From: Camelus ferus
Lineage: Eukaryota
Reading direction: 5' to 3'
Length of the DNA stretch: 64,000 bases
NCBI RefSeq assembly: GCF_009834535.1
Contig: NC_045697.1
Span: 11,410,001 to 11,474,000, forward strand
Within the stretch, counting starts at the first letter, position 1, and every line of letters begins with the position of its first letter. Under the pieces are notes generated by a model that worked only from the letters and a program-made list of their open reading frames with translations, was not told where the DNA came from and made no database searches. The position numbers were made by a program, and so were the translations under genes. Shown piece by piece: positions 49,891 to 62,497 of the stretch.

Positions 49891-51271
49891 CCTCTAAAGA
49901 TATTTTCCAGTCTGAAAATTCTCTGACAGAAAGGCTGGGCCTGGGCGGTCAGTAGCCGAGAATCATCTTCAGATGCTCCTCTGTCTTGAATGGGGCACCC
50001 AGGGGTTCTGTTTCACACCTGGTGGTACAGGCAGGGAAAGAGCACACAAAGAAACTAAGTTCTGGAAGGATTTTATGGCATCATCACAAGAACTGCTCAC
50101 GTGATCCAAATACCTAATTCTACTTTTTGTCTATTACTTTGGACAAAATTGTATTTGTAATAGTTGTAGCTCATGATTATAAGCACTTGTTCTGGCAGGC
50201 ACTATTCTAAGCACTTTTGCTATTTTAAATGCTGCCCCTCACCTGCTGCCTTTCAGCTGGGTGCTGTGATCGCCTCGTTTAATAGCAAGAGCTGACATTC
50301 AGGTACAGTGGGGCTCAGTAGTTGGCCCCAAATGCGCTTAGCACATGTTCTCTGCTGTCTTTCTAACTAAAACCGACTGGAGTGAAGAACTTACTATCGA
50401 GAGAGGATTAACCAGGTCTCACAAAGCAGGACCACGTCTGCAGGACATCGGAGGGAGTGCCCCTCCACCTCTGCTTTGACATCTTTCCCCATCCAGCCTG
50501 TTGAGGCTAAAACAGCCATCTTGCAAGGCCCCCCTGATCAGTCAGGGGAAAATTTACACTCGTGGGGCACAGCTGCCTTTCATCCAACATCACACAGCTT
50601 CTGTGGAGAAGTGGTAGAGCAGCCACTTCCTCTTCCTGCATGGCCAATTTCCAAGGGCTGTTTCCCTGAACCACAGGAATGCCTCAGGACTTGTGGCTAC
50701 ATGCCCATGTTGGCGCAGTCAACCAGGAGGGTTTCCGGGAGCTGTGGTCCATCTTGTGTCCAGCCTCAAGCAGAAGAGGAACTGAGGCCAGGACAGGGGG
50801 TGGGGGGAGGGGGTGCGGGGAAGAGGGTGGTGACATTGACCCAATGTCTCAAGCCCCACACAGCAGAGCCAGGATCCAAGGCAGCCGGACAAGCACCCTA
50901 GGGTCCTTTACAGCTGTTTCCAGCACCGCACAGCCTCTCCTCCATGTTGCTCTGACCTCTCAGCTCCAGAAAGCAACTTCCTCAGTCCTTGCAGAAACAT
51001 AGAGCCCTGGAAGCTCGTCCTGGGTGCACCCTCTCTCCCTCCCTCTCCCAGGGAAGGTGCCCCTATGTCTCTGCTGCTCTAGAATCTCTCTGTCAACTCG
51101 ATGCCCACACTGTCCCCAGCCATGACTCTCACATTGAGAACAGTCCCTGCCACATGACCACCCCAAGTCTGTCTGCTCAGTGCATCCGTTCCGACACTCA
51201 GTGAGAACCAACTAGAGACCCAAGGTTTGGCATTTTTCAAAGAAGAATTAAGACAGTCCCTTGCTCCTGAG

Positions 51272-51440
51272 GGCTGCTGGGTAACCACTGATGTCTGGGT
51301 AGATGGAAGCTTCTTGGGGATCTTGTCAAAATAAATATCTTCCTGAATCCCCTGATGGGGGAGTGGATTTCTGCAGGTCTGAGGTGGAAACCAGTTTTAA
51401 TGCACTCCCAGGTGACATGGTGTGACCACTGTTTGGTGCC
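51272..51440. mobile_element. MER5-like hAT-Charlie element
   Basis: GGGGATCTTGTCAAAAT...GCAGGTCTGAGGTGG...TTTTAA.GCACTCCCAGGTGA. Confidence 0.65.
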
Positions 51441-52849
51441 CCCCTCCCTGGACCTCCTGGATCCACAGGTGCACATGGTCTCCTTGGACAGCTGACTACC
51501 CAAGGTCACACCCAGGCCATTGGATAACTTACTCTCGCCTAAAGAAAGTTTTTGTCTTTAGCAGGCTTTGATTTTCTCCCCTCCCTTCATTCCTGGTGTG
51601 CATGAGCTTTGTTTTATAAGAACAGTGACTCAACACTGACTCACACTGTCTTTCCAGCCCACCTCTTCATTCCTGAACTAACTGGGGCTCTTTTCTTCTC
51701 TTCAGCCTCCTCTGAAAAAGGCAGGCAGGGGAGAGCAGGATTTCTCACTGGTGCATCTGCTCCCAGTTTTACATACACAACAACAAAACTCTTTTTTCCA
51801 CCCTAGGTACATAAGCATAAAACTCAGCCCTTTATCTGAGCCTCATATGTATGACTCCACAAAGTATCCTTCTACAAACTGGTGGGCATTTCCGCTAGGG
51901 CGGGTCATATTTATACCCCAAATAATTATGATAGAAAAGACCTCCTTATCTCAGGTTGAAATGTTTCCAAGTTCTTTTGTCGTCAAACCTTTTCCGGGTG
52001 AAGAGCAAGATCGCTCTTTTACTACGTGGATGCTCAGTCCATGATCATCACAGAACTTTGGCTTCCTTCTTTACTTTCTGTCTCCTTCTCTCACCTGCAT
52101 TCCTGCCCTTCATTTCTAAGCCAGAGCTGCCATTGCTTTGGTTCTAGGTTTTTGGTTATTTTGCTGAACATTAAGCCTCACGTGGAGTAGACAGAAGCCT
52201 CAGTAGCATACCACCTACAAAGCATCCTTTCCTTCAGCAAAAAACATTCAGAGAGGAGACTCCATAGCCCAGCAAATTCAGTCATGTGTTGTGGAACATG
52301 TTTGGCATTCCTCCTTCTTGAGAACACACATGTCCACCTGCCCAGTGCTGTGTCAAATTCAGAGAATTGTTCTTTCATTTGAAGGGTGACACTTCCTCCC
52401 TTATCTTCCAGTGGAAACTCTGCCCCAGCTCCAATGCCCTCTCAGTAACCATGTCCTGAGTGTTTCCTTTCAAAGGATACCCTGGCACCTCCAATTCCCT
52501 ATGTCCCAAAGGGAACCAACCAGCTTCTCTCAGAAATCAATTCCCCTTCCTTGCCTACTTGCTTCCTTATGAGATTTTTTTTCCAAAGTCTTCCTCTTTC
52601 ACCGTGGATGCTCTGCTCAGTCTCAACACAAATGAAGTGGGATCATTTATTATGTCCTCTCTTCCTAAATCCTCCAGGGACGCAAAGAAGGGCACATGAG
52701 AACCAATTCCATAAATACTGAATTAGAGGGAATGAATTTAAGCATAAAGTTGCTGGAAAGTGAGAAAAAGGTGAGGAATTATATTCTTTCAGTCTTCATT
52801 ACAATGATTTTACAGAAAATGTTTTAATGATGACAATATCTGATCTTTA

Positions 52850-53090
52850 TACATAACTTTCCAAAGTGCTTTCGCATGTATGATTTCATTAAATTCTCAT
52901 CTCAGTAGTAGTCTAGGAAAAGTTCTGCAATCAAAAGATCTGAATCTGAGCCCCACATTTACCTCTTACTAGCTTACTTAACTTGAACACAGGTTATAAT
53001 CTTTTGAGTCTAATCAAGATGATAATAATAACTCAAAGGTATTTAAGATTCTAAAAATTACACACTGTGTGTGAAAGTAAATTGTAAGCC
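52850..53090. mobile_element. MIR/MIR3 fragments
   Basis: AAAGTGCTTTC.CATGTATGATTTCATT.AATTCTCA and TCTGAG.CCC..TT.ACCTCTTACTAGCT. Confidence 0.6.
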
Positions 53091-54679
53091 AATGGCCTCC
53101 TCTAAGACTCCATCTTCCATGAAGTCGCCTGGTGGAGGTGACAACCTTCCCCTGTGGTCCTACTCTGCATGATCTTACTTCCCAAGCAAGCAGCACTGAA
53201 ATGACCCTATCTAACCCATAGGCTCCTTATTCATTTCTGTGTTCTCTGAGTCTAGCACTGTGCAGTTCACTAATTATTTATTCAACAAAAGGATGAACTT
53301 TTAGCACATGTGGTCATTAGGATCATATTTACGGCTCTTTTCTTCAGTTAAAATCCTGCATTTGAATTGGGGTCTCCTTCCCTGTGTTCTGAGCTCTGAT
53401 CCAAATGGAAGAGTGAGCGTAATTTTGTCAGAGTACTCTGTAAAACATTCCCACACATCTGTTTAGACTTTTGCCTTGCAACAACAACAAAAATGTATAA
53501 ATATATGTATGTATGTGGATTAATTATTCTGAAAAAAACAGGGTGGGGAACTGAGTCAAGCTAAGAAATAACGATCTCTTATTACTGGAATAACAAGGCA
53601 GATACTTAATCAGTTTGCCAACAAGTTATCCATTGTTGGAAATTAACCTGAAATCTGATCTCTAGATATAACGTATGTGCAGTAAGATGAAGTGTAAGAT
53701 TTTGCCTTTTTTTTTTTTTTTTTTGAGGCATCACACTACTCTGCCCCTCTTCCCAAGAAGTCTCCTAATTATACACAAGTCCAGCTCCTCTCACTCATTG
53801 AAATTTAGTAGTGGAGGCCTGCCTCCAAGCCATAAAACAACCTATCGCTTAGGTAAAATAACTCACATGGGGCTGGAGGGGCAGGGGAGAAATCGATTGA
53901 GAAGAAGCCAGATGAGAAACGTACCTGGGGCACAATCTGACCCATCGTTTGCAATGTCTTCACCATCCACCACCTTCATCACCTGATTGGATGGCCAATC
54001 GCCTGGCTCCTTCTAGCTCTGAGGAGCCAAAACCTTCACTCATAGTTACTCAGGCCAGTTGCCTGCTAATCTTTTATGGGTTGCAACTCGTGTGCCTGGC
54101 TAACTGATTTGTTCCAGCTGCAGCTCTATTTTCTCCCTTCCATGTTATTTAATTGATCCTGGCTGTGCCTGGTCCTACAAAGAAGCCCTCATGGACCTTG
54201 TAACATATGCTATATATCCTGTATGTACTCCTGTGTCCTGACAAGGAACATAAAAATCAGAAATGGCAGGAGACAAGGGGAGGGGAAGTCAAACAAAACA
54301 GTATGAATGCAAATCGCTTGGCTTGTCTCCTTGGGTCTCCCAACCACTGTCCACCGCTCCCAGGACCAACTGAATTTCTTCCTACAGACAGCACATCTCT
54401 TGAGATTCAAAGTTTCTCTTCAAATTTCAAAAACTGTAATCACCTACAGACTTTTAAAGACAGAAGAAAAAAACCAGAAAAACAAATGGTTTCCTTTGCT
54501 TCTTCTTTGTTCTTTTTGCCATATGCATCGAGTTCTCACTCTGTACTTGACGTGGTGTTAGCCTCTGGGGAAAGAAAGTGAATTAGACAGAGTTCTGGCC
54601 CTGCTGGAGCTCACAGCCATACAGGGGACAAAGATACAAAAACGAATAGCTAAAATATCATGGGATGTGCCTTAACCTA

Positions 54680-55130
54680 GATCACCAATTCTCAGTGTAT
54701 GGTGAGGGACCCCTGGGTCTTCCCAAGACCCTTTCAGTGGGTCTAGGAGATCGAAGCACTCTTATAATGAAACTAACGTGGTATTTGCCGTTTTCACCCT
54801 CATTCTCTCATGAGTGTACAGTAGAGTTTTCCAGAGCCAACATGACGTGTAAAGTCACAACAGATTGCAGAAGTAGCTAGAACGCTCCAGCTGTCTTCTG
54901 TTAAGTCAGGCATTAGAGAGATGTTCAAAATGTAAAATAATGCCACTCTCCCTACGATCATTTTGTTTTCCAAAATATAGTTATCTTTCACAAAAATCTT
55001 TTGTCTGTCATCATATAATGAGTTTACTATGGTTTTAAAATGAATTAATAAATAAACATGTAAAGAATTCTCAGAATCAATTTCTCATATAGTAAGTGTC
55101 AGTAGATATAACACACAAAAACCAAAGCTC
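54680..55130. mobile_element. hAT-Charlie internal-deletion derivative
   Basis: GGACCCCTGGG..CCCAAGACCCTTTCAG...CTCATGAGTGTACAG.AGAGTTTTCCAGAG...CCAGCTGTCTTCTGTTAAGTCAG.CATTA.AGAGAT. Confidence 0.7.
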
Positions 55131-55530
55131 TTAATTTTGAGATGGTGTCAGAGTGTCAGGAAATTGCAAAACTAGTACTGAGAGATCCTATATATCCTTT
55201 GCCCCGCTTCCCCAAGTGACAACATCTTATATAAATATAGTGCATCATCAAAACCAGAGAACCGACGGTGGTTCTGTACTGTTAACTACAGATCTCTATG
55301 TGTATTTTACCAGTTTTTGCATGTACTCGTGTGTCTGTGTATGTGTGCAGAGTTCTATGAAATATTATCACACAGATTCATGTAGTAATAACTTTGACCA
55401 GCATACAAAACTGTACCATCACCATGAAGAAACTTCCTCAGGCTCCTCCTTCATCGTCACACCCTCCTCCCAACCCTAATTCCCGGCCACTGCCGGTCGG
55501 CTCCTGTCACTGTAAGATTCCACATTGAAG
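55131..55530 (-). mobile_element. Old L1 (L1MB/MC-like) 3' end
   Basis: CAGGAAATTGCAAAA.TAGTAC.GAGAG.TCC...CATCAAAACCAG..ACCGAC..GGT. Confidence 0.7.
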
Positions 55531-55904
55531 GAAGTCTGTCCACATCTGGAGCTTTTGTTTAGGGATTTATGTGAGCAAGAAATAATGAGGAAGAAATAAT
55601 ACCTCTACTAGGTAAAGCCATCAACATTAGGGATTTTGTTAATTCTTCATGGTAGCAACTACCATGACTTTACCTGATAAATCCTTGGGGTGGTCCCTCT
55701 CCCTGCTTTATATCCACTGGAGTGTATGCTCAGCTCCTCAGGCTTATAGAGGAAAAGACCTCTAATGGTTGGCTGGTTCTTTAGGATCTATTATTCATTA
55801 CTCTCTTTTCTTTTGACTCCTATAAATATCCTCCACTTATGTTTAAGGAAAATGCAAGAACTGCAAAGGACTATAGCACCATTCTCTCTGAGACAGAACC
55901 ACAG

Positions 55905-56400
55905 CCATTCATTCTTTCACTCAGCAATCTCTCGTTTATTGAACATCTGTTATGTGCCTGCTACTATAATATGCTCTGGGAATAAAATGATGAAATAGAA
56001 TGCTTCCTCTTAAGGAGTTTCTGTCCAGAGAGACACAAAGTAACAGTGACAGTGTGCACCACACACAGGGAGGAGGTGAAGTCCTTTCAGTGCAATTTAA
56101 TGAGGGCTAGAGTTCTAAGACCTCATCCATTTCCAGACTTCCTTTTCACTAGTCTCATAGGGTTTATAATTTCTGTTGTGGTAAATAAGGTCAGAGGGTA
56201 AAGAGCTGACATCTCAATGTTTCTAATCTAAAGTCAGGAGCAGTGTCACCCTATAGATAGGAAGATGGTGAAGGCTCAGTGGAAGAGGTGAGATTTAGGA
56301 TAGGTTTTGGAGGTTGAGCTGAAGTTCACAGAGAGAGGAAGAGAGAAGAGTGTCTCGGGTAGATGTGACTGCATTGCTTGGACATATATAGCCAAGAAAT
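55905..56400 (-). mobile_element. L2 fragments
   Basis: CATTCATTCTTTCACTCAGCAA..TTTATTGAACATCTGTTATGTGCC...GAGGTGAGATTTAGG.TAGGTTTTG. Confidence 0.65.
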
Positions 56401-58089
56401 AGCCAAAAAAAATTTAAAAAGGAAAGGATAGCCCAGATCTAAACAGTGATTTATACCTCAGCCAGGAGATGAATAGCTGATTAATGACCAAACGATGGCT
56501 ACAGGGGAAAGCAGTAAGGGATGCAGAGGAGGGAGAGACTGGTCCAAGCTCAGAGAAAGCTTCACAGGGAAGGTCAGGTTAGAACCAAAGAAAGAAATAG
56601 CTGCGAAGGCTAAAGATGTTGGAGGCTTCTATTTTTAACCCATTGGGATGGAATTCTTTAACCTGGAGTATGGAGAGCGTTGTCTTGAGGGTATTTATGT
56701 CAGCTTGGGGAATGGGCTTCTCTCACTTCTCGGAGAAAGGGAAGGTAACTTAAGTATTTTTTATCTAAGCCTTTATGTCATCTGTATACAAGCCCTTAGG
56801 AGAAAGACTTGAAAATCTCCTATGACCTCAGTATCCCAGGAAAATGGTCCAGACTAATGCTTCCTGTTTTACTGCCGGAGGGTCCAGAGGGCCAGCGCTT
56901 CTGATGCGTTTGGCATGGGCCACATCTGGCCAGGTACAGATCAGGCTAACTGGCTCCCCTGCCCCATTGTCATAACAGAAAGAGAGGAAAAATGAAATTT
57001 AAGTTCAAATAAAGGACGGCGGGAAAAAAATCTGTATTTCATATAAGCACATCAGTAAGTGCCTCTTTTTTGTTCTTTTTTGCCATCAAAAATTATAACA
57101 AAGAGCTCTGGCTGTTCTCTCTGGGTAGAATTAATTCTAAAGCCATTTGTTGTTGTTGCATTTTGGTTTTTGCCAAATAGTCACCACTCTTTCAACACTC
57201 ACTTTGCAGTGTTGGGGGTTCCCAGGGGGCATGCGCCCTAAACACACACGGATATTTTTCAATCGAATGGATCCGGATGGCTTCAGGTTCCCTGGCAAAA
57301 ATACTGCACGGGCAGATTGCTTTCACTGAAAGGCAAGAAGGAGAATAGGTGAAGAAAGGTAATGGATGAATTTTACTTTTCTTTTCTAATTATGATCTCT
57401 TTAAAGAAAGACCAGAGCTGAAATTTGCCAGTAGAGGCTGACACCTGCCTCTTTTCAGATTGAGGCAAAGACTGCCCTCCAAGCCCTTGTTCTTTATGGC
57501 TAGAAAATGTGACTCTGCCCAAAGACTTTTAGGCAGAGAATGATGTGTTTGTTTATTCATCAAAGCCTTCTAATTGGCTTCTCTTTCTGTCTTTCCTGAT
57601 GTGCCTAGAAGGGGCTCATTAAATGAAAAGATGGTCAACACAATTAATTTTGTTTTGACAGAGACCCCTGTTTTAAACCCCTGGCATTACCAGCCCCAAT
57701 GGTCGGCACTGGGGATGCAGACACGTAGCGTTCTTGCTCCTGCTGAGAGGTTGCCACAGTTACAGTGGGAGGCGGGAGTGACAGATGCTGTGGGGGTGAG
57801 AGGGAGGACACCTGGCCCCACCTGCGGATGCCACAGAAGATGTGCTGGAGGACAGGACAGCCTGAGTTGAGACAAGAGGGACCAGACAAGTCACCAGGGA
57901 CCTGGGAGGGGTCACGTATGGAGAGAAAGCTACTTCACTTAGAGCAAGAGACGGCATGGGATTGCCTTGCAGCCACAAGTAGTTTCCAAAGCCTGGAGCA
58001 AAGAGCATTCTGGCGAGGGAGGAGAGAGCATCATGGGATAATTAGAGAAAGATGTGCAGGGCCTTGACATTCGGGATGCAGTGCATCCA

Positions 58090-58445
58090 ACAGGGTCCTG
58101 GCAGGAGCAGATGGAAGGGTCCACTCACAGAGCTGGTCAAGGAATCCAAGAGCTAAGAGGCAGACAAAGCCAGTACCACTCCCAGGCCTGGAGGAGCCAG
58201 GGAAGAAAATAGAGAACCCTAGACCACAAGGATGGTCACCCACCGGGAGATATTGTAAAGGAATCCAGCCATGACTGGAACTCAGGCACTGCAGCGGGGA
58301 GGGAGATGGGGGATCCATGCCCCCAACTCTTTCTCCAGCAGTCTCCCACCTCTACCCAGTGCCTCCATTGGCCAAAGCCAACCAGAGGTCAGAGGGCACA
58401 GGGCCCTGGGAGGTAGGGTTCAGTCCTTGGGACACAGAGCATCCC
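58090..58445 (-). mobile_element. Ancient ERVL-class LTR fragment (LTR16-like)
   Basis: CAGGGTCCTGGCAGGA.CAGATGG...CCAGTGCCTCCATTGGCCAAA.CCAACCAGAGG.CAGAGGGCA. Confidence 0.55.
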
Positions 58446-59064
58446 CAATAACATGTTCTGTTTCTAAAACACAACCAGTCAGTGCTGACCTTCCTACAGA
58501 TATGAGGAACGTTAGCTGAAAAATTTTAAGACAACTATCAAGTGAAACATGATGTTTAGATAAATACTACAAACATAGGGAAATTCCATGCTAAGAAGCT
58601 CCGGGTAACAACTGAATGGTTTCCCTATATTTCGTTAAAAGCATACGCATTGCTAAAAACTCCTTTCTAGTGTTTTGGACTTAGATCCATTCTTCCTATA
58701 AGCCCTGGGATATTTCTTTGATTCAGTGACTATTTGACAGGAATTCAGCTGAATTTTCTTTAGTGATTTATATGTTTTGTTAAGGGAAGTTAGTCTTGTT
58801 AATAGAAGACAGAATACGTGGAAGGAGAGCATTTGCTGAACACATACTATGTGCCTATAATCTCATTTAATCTTCACAACTGTCCTCTATTTTTCTTCAC
58901 ACACATCCAAGGCTTATGACAAAAGTCACAGAGCCAGAATGCAAACCGAGGTCTTTTCAATGCCAAAGCCCATCTTCTTTTCACCAAACCAGTGTCCTGT
59001 GTGCACATGTCATGTGGTCTCACAAGCCAAAGGTTCTTATTGGAAAACAGTTAAATTTTCTGCT

Positions 59065-59135
59065 TTTTCTTCCTTCCTTTTTCCCTCCCTTCTTCCCTGC
59101 CTCCCTCCCTCCCTTTCTTCCTTCCGTCCTTTCTT
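59065..59135. repeat. CT-rich low-complexity tract, degenerate (CCTT)n/(CCCT)n
   Basis: Read directly. Confidence 0.85.
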
Positions 59136-60031
59136 GATATTGGTTTCTAAACTCAATGGCTCGCAGGCAACATCTTTATCTCCCACCTCGAATGCTTTCT
59201 TTGGAAAACAAATCTTACATGATAAACAGTATAACCTTTAACTTTTAAATAACTATTCACTAGATCAGCACTGCAAAAACAGTTTTCTGTATGGACCATC
59301 TGTGTGAAGAATTCCTGTAATAAGAGAACAAAAACCTGCTTTTATGGGCTCCTAAGGACGAGAATAGCTTTATTATAGAGTTTCTTCTCAGGGATTATAT
59401 TCGTAAAACTTGACCCGAAAAGAACACAATGAGGAGCTCTGTGAGTTCTATTTTACCTGTTCTGATTCAAGGGCTACTTAAGTTTTAAACTTCTGGAAAA
59501 TTTTATCTGCCCTGGATTTATGTTTTACCATGGAATCTAATTCTTCCTCAGACATTTCAACTGAAAAAGTCATCCACAGATCTACCAGAGCAACAGGAAT
59601 CATCCCCCCAACTTGACAGTTCACACATGCCGAGGGAACTCAGTTTAAGACAGTTGAGTTAGTGTTAAACAAATCAGAGAACGAAGACCAGGTGTTTCCA
59701 CAGCCTGTCCCTATTCGTTCTTTCATTCAAGTCGGTGCTTTAAGACCATCTGAGTTCCCAGAAGCTCCGTGATGTGTTATTTACTAAGCAGACACCTACT
59801 GAGCACTTCCCTTTAAAGCTTAAAATTGAGAGGACAGACTTAAGTCAAGGACCCAGATGGTACCCAGCCCATCATAGGACACCAGCAAATGTGAACCTTT
59901 CCCAACACTACTGTCCTTATCTCTCCCACCAAATAAACTCTAATCGCCATTTCTAACTGTTTGAGCATCTTCTACCTCACTGAACTCTTATTTCAAGCCT
60001 CTCAGTGTCTCATGCATTTCTCTTGTTCCTC

Positions 60032-60098
60032 ATTTTTTTTATTAAAGTATAGTTGATTTACAATGTATTAGTTTCTGGTGTACAGCATGGTGATTCAG

Positions 60099-60142
<44 letters not shown>

Positions 60143-60635
60143 TTTTATATACACATACATATTCTTTTTCATTACAGGTTACTATAAGCCATTGAATACA
60201 GTTCCCTGTGCTATACAGTAGGATCTTGTTGTTTACCTGTTCTGTACATAATAGTTTGTATCTGCCAATCCAAAACTCTCAATTTCTCTCTCTCTCTCCT
60301 CCCCGCTGGTAACCATAAGTTTGTTTTCTATGTCTGTGCATCTGTTTCATAAATAATTTCATTTGTGTTTTTTTTTTAGGTTCCACATATAAGCAATATC
60401 ATATGATATTTGTCTTTCTCTGACTGACTTGCTTGGCTTAGTGTGATAATCTCTAGGTCCATCCATGTGGCTGCAAATGACATTATTTATTTTTTATGGC
60501 TGAGTAGTATTCCATTATGTATATATACCACATTTTTCTTTATCCATTCATCTGTTGATGGATATTTAGTTTGTTTCCATGTCTTGGCTATTGTAAAAGG
60601 TGCTGCTATCACCATTGGGGTGCTTGTAACTTTTC
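60032..60635 (-). mobile_element. Cetartiodactyl-type L1 3' end with an (AT)n microsatellite (about 60104-60137)
   Basis: TTTTTATTAAAGTATAGTTGATTTACAAT...CAGTTCCCTGTGCTATACAGTAGG...TTTTTATGGCTGAGTAGTATTCCATT. Confidence 0.9.
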
Positions 60636-62184
60636 AACTCATGCGTTTCTTATCCCACCCATTATACTCATTTGCTCAGTCATCAAATGCTCACTGTTGT
60701 GGACCTCCCCGCCCCTTCCTTCTCTACACTTAGCTCCAGGAATTACCATGTCAAACCATGTCAAAATTACCAGCCACCCTGACCATCTATGGTCCCCAAC
60801 AGACTGGTATCTCTCAGTAGAATGTTCAGTCTCTGTAATATGTATCAAAATATAATGTTGATATCCTCTGAATCTGATACATTGGGATAATCAAGTTGAT
60901 GAATTTGAGAAGGCATTAATGGTACACACTGGTACAGCTAGGTCTGGCAGGGGAACCATAAAGTGCCTTTCAGATTAGTGCTCCATCAAGTGTATGAGTG
61001 TGTCCAAAGTTTCCGTGTAACCTTTAGGAATTTGAAAATGTTGTTCCCCTCAGGCCCTATCACCTCCTCCCAACCTCTGACTCAGGGAATTCAAACTCAT
61101 GTCTCAGCTAGGATCCATCTCCCTCCTGGAAGCATTTTTTTTTTTCTTTTTCTTTTGGAAAATTTTGAACAGATGGTAAGGTAGGAAGAATACTGTAATG
61201 AACTTCCAACTACCCATCAACCACATTAAATACCATCATCTCTTGTCCAGTGTGTTTTGCTCTGTGGACCCGGGAGTGGGGAGCAAAGAGTGAGGAGCTG
61301 GAACTTATCCCGAAAGGACAACAGGGAGCACCAGATGAGTTTTTAAACACAGAAATAGCATGGTCAAATTTGTTTTTCAATGAAGATCACTTTGACCTTA
61401 GAAGGTGGATTAGAAAGGGGCAAAGCTGAACCTGGGGATACTGGAGAGGAAGGTGTTGTTGGAAAGTAGGTAGAAACTTATGATGTAGTCAGGGTAGCAG
61501 CCCCTGCACAAGCAGATGTGATGAGTGATGGTCATGCTATGGGCGGCGTGTGTAACACCAGCAGCTTATGGGGAGGAAAAGTTTCTGGGAGTCTGAGAAG
61601 TCTCCTTGTAGAATAGTACGGTTTGAGTTTGTTCTTGAAGCCAAGTAAAGACAAGCAGCTATAACTGAATGTCAGTGCAAAGAGAGTTTACCCAACAAAG
61701 AACATTGTTTATGGCACATTGGTAATTAAACTTGACCCTCCATTTGCCATGCTTCACTGACCTTCAGTTAAAGGACCCAGCATATGTGTGCTGTTATTTT
61801 AATGAAGAGTATTTCCACCACCAACCTTCATATCAATCCCCAGCAAGTCTATATGGTTCTTTAAGAGTCATTACCGTGGGCGCTCACACTTCCATCATAA
61901 AACCTCAAATGAATGTTTCTCACAACCACTTTGCTTTCTCATTGAGGCTGTTCAAATGTCAATGGTTTTAGCACTGAGCTTAACCTTTACGTATTTTCAC
62001 CAGAGTTTCAGAAACACAGCCTGTGTTGGATTTTCCTCACGGCGGTGGGTGGGAATGTTTTAGACACACAGTTATAAGCCAAGAAGTCTGGCAGCGCCAT
62101 CCAACTGCCTTTAAGATATCACTCATGTTTGGGTGCTTGCAGTAAGGCAATGGTGCTTCATTACATTCAAATGTCAAGCAAATA

Positions 62185-62400
62185 ATACTCATTCGTTTAT
62201 CACTCATTAAACACAATATTTACTGAGAGTCCATTATGAGACAAGCAATCTCAGAGACCATGAGAATAAGAGACTTGAACAAAATAAGGTCTTCATGGAG
62301 ATTATATTCTAGTGGAAGAGACAGACCATTATACAAATAATGGATCAGGGTGGAAAGTGCTGTGTAAAAAAATTCATCATGGGAAGAAATGGCTAAAAGC
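62185..62400 (-). mobile_element. L2 3' end
   Basis: CATTCGTTTATCACTCATT..CAATATTTACTGAG...TCATGGAG.TTATATTCTAGTGG.AGAGACAGAC. Confidence 0.7.
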
Positions 62401-62497
62401 CATATTCCATTGGTCTCCAAGAAGTGGAGAGACTGTACTTTATGTAAGTGGTTACAAAAGAGTCTCAGTTATGTTTTTGACTTCAAAAATATTGGAA

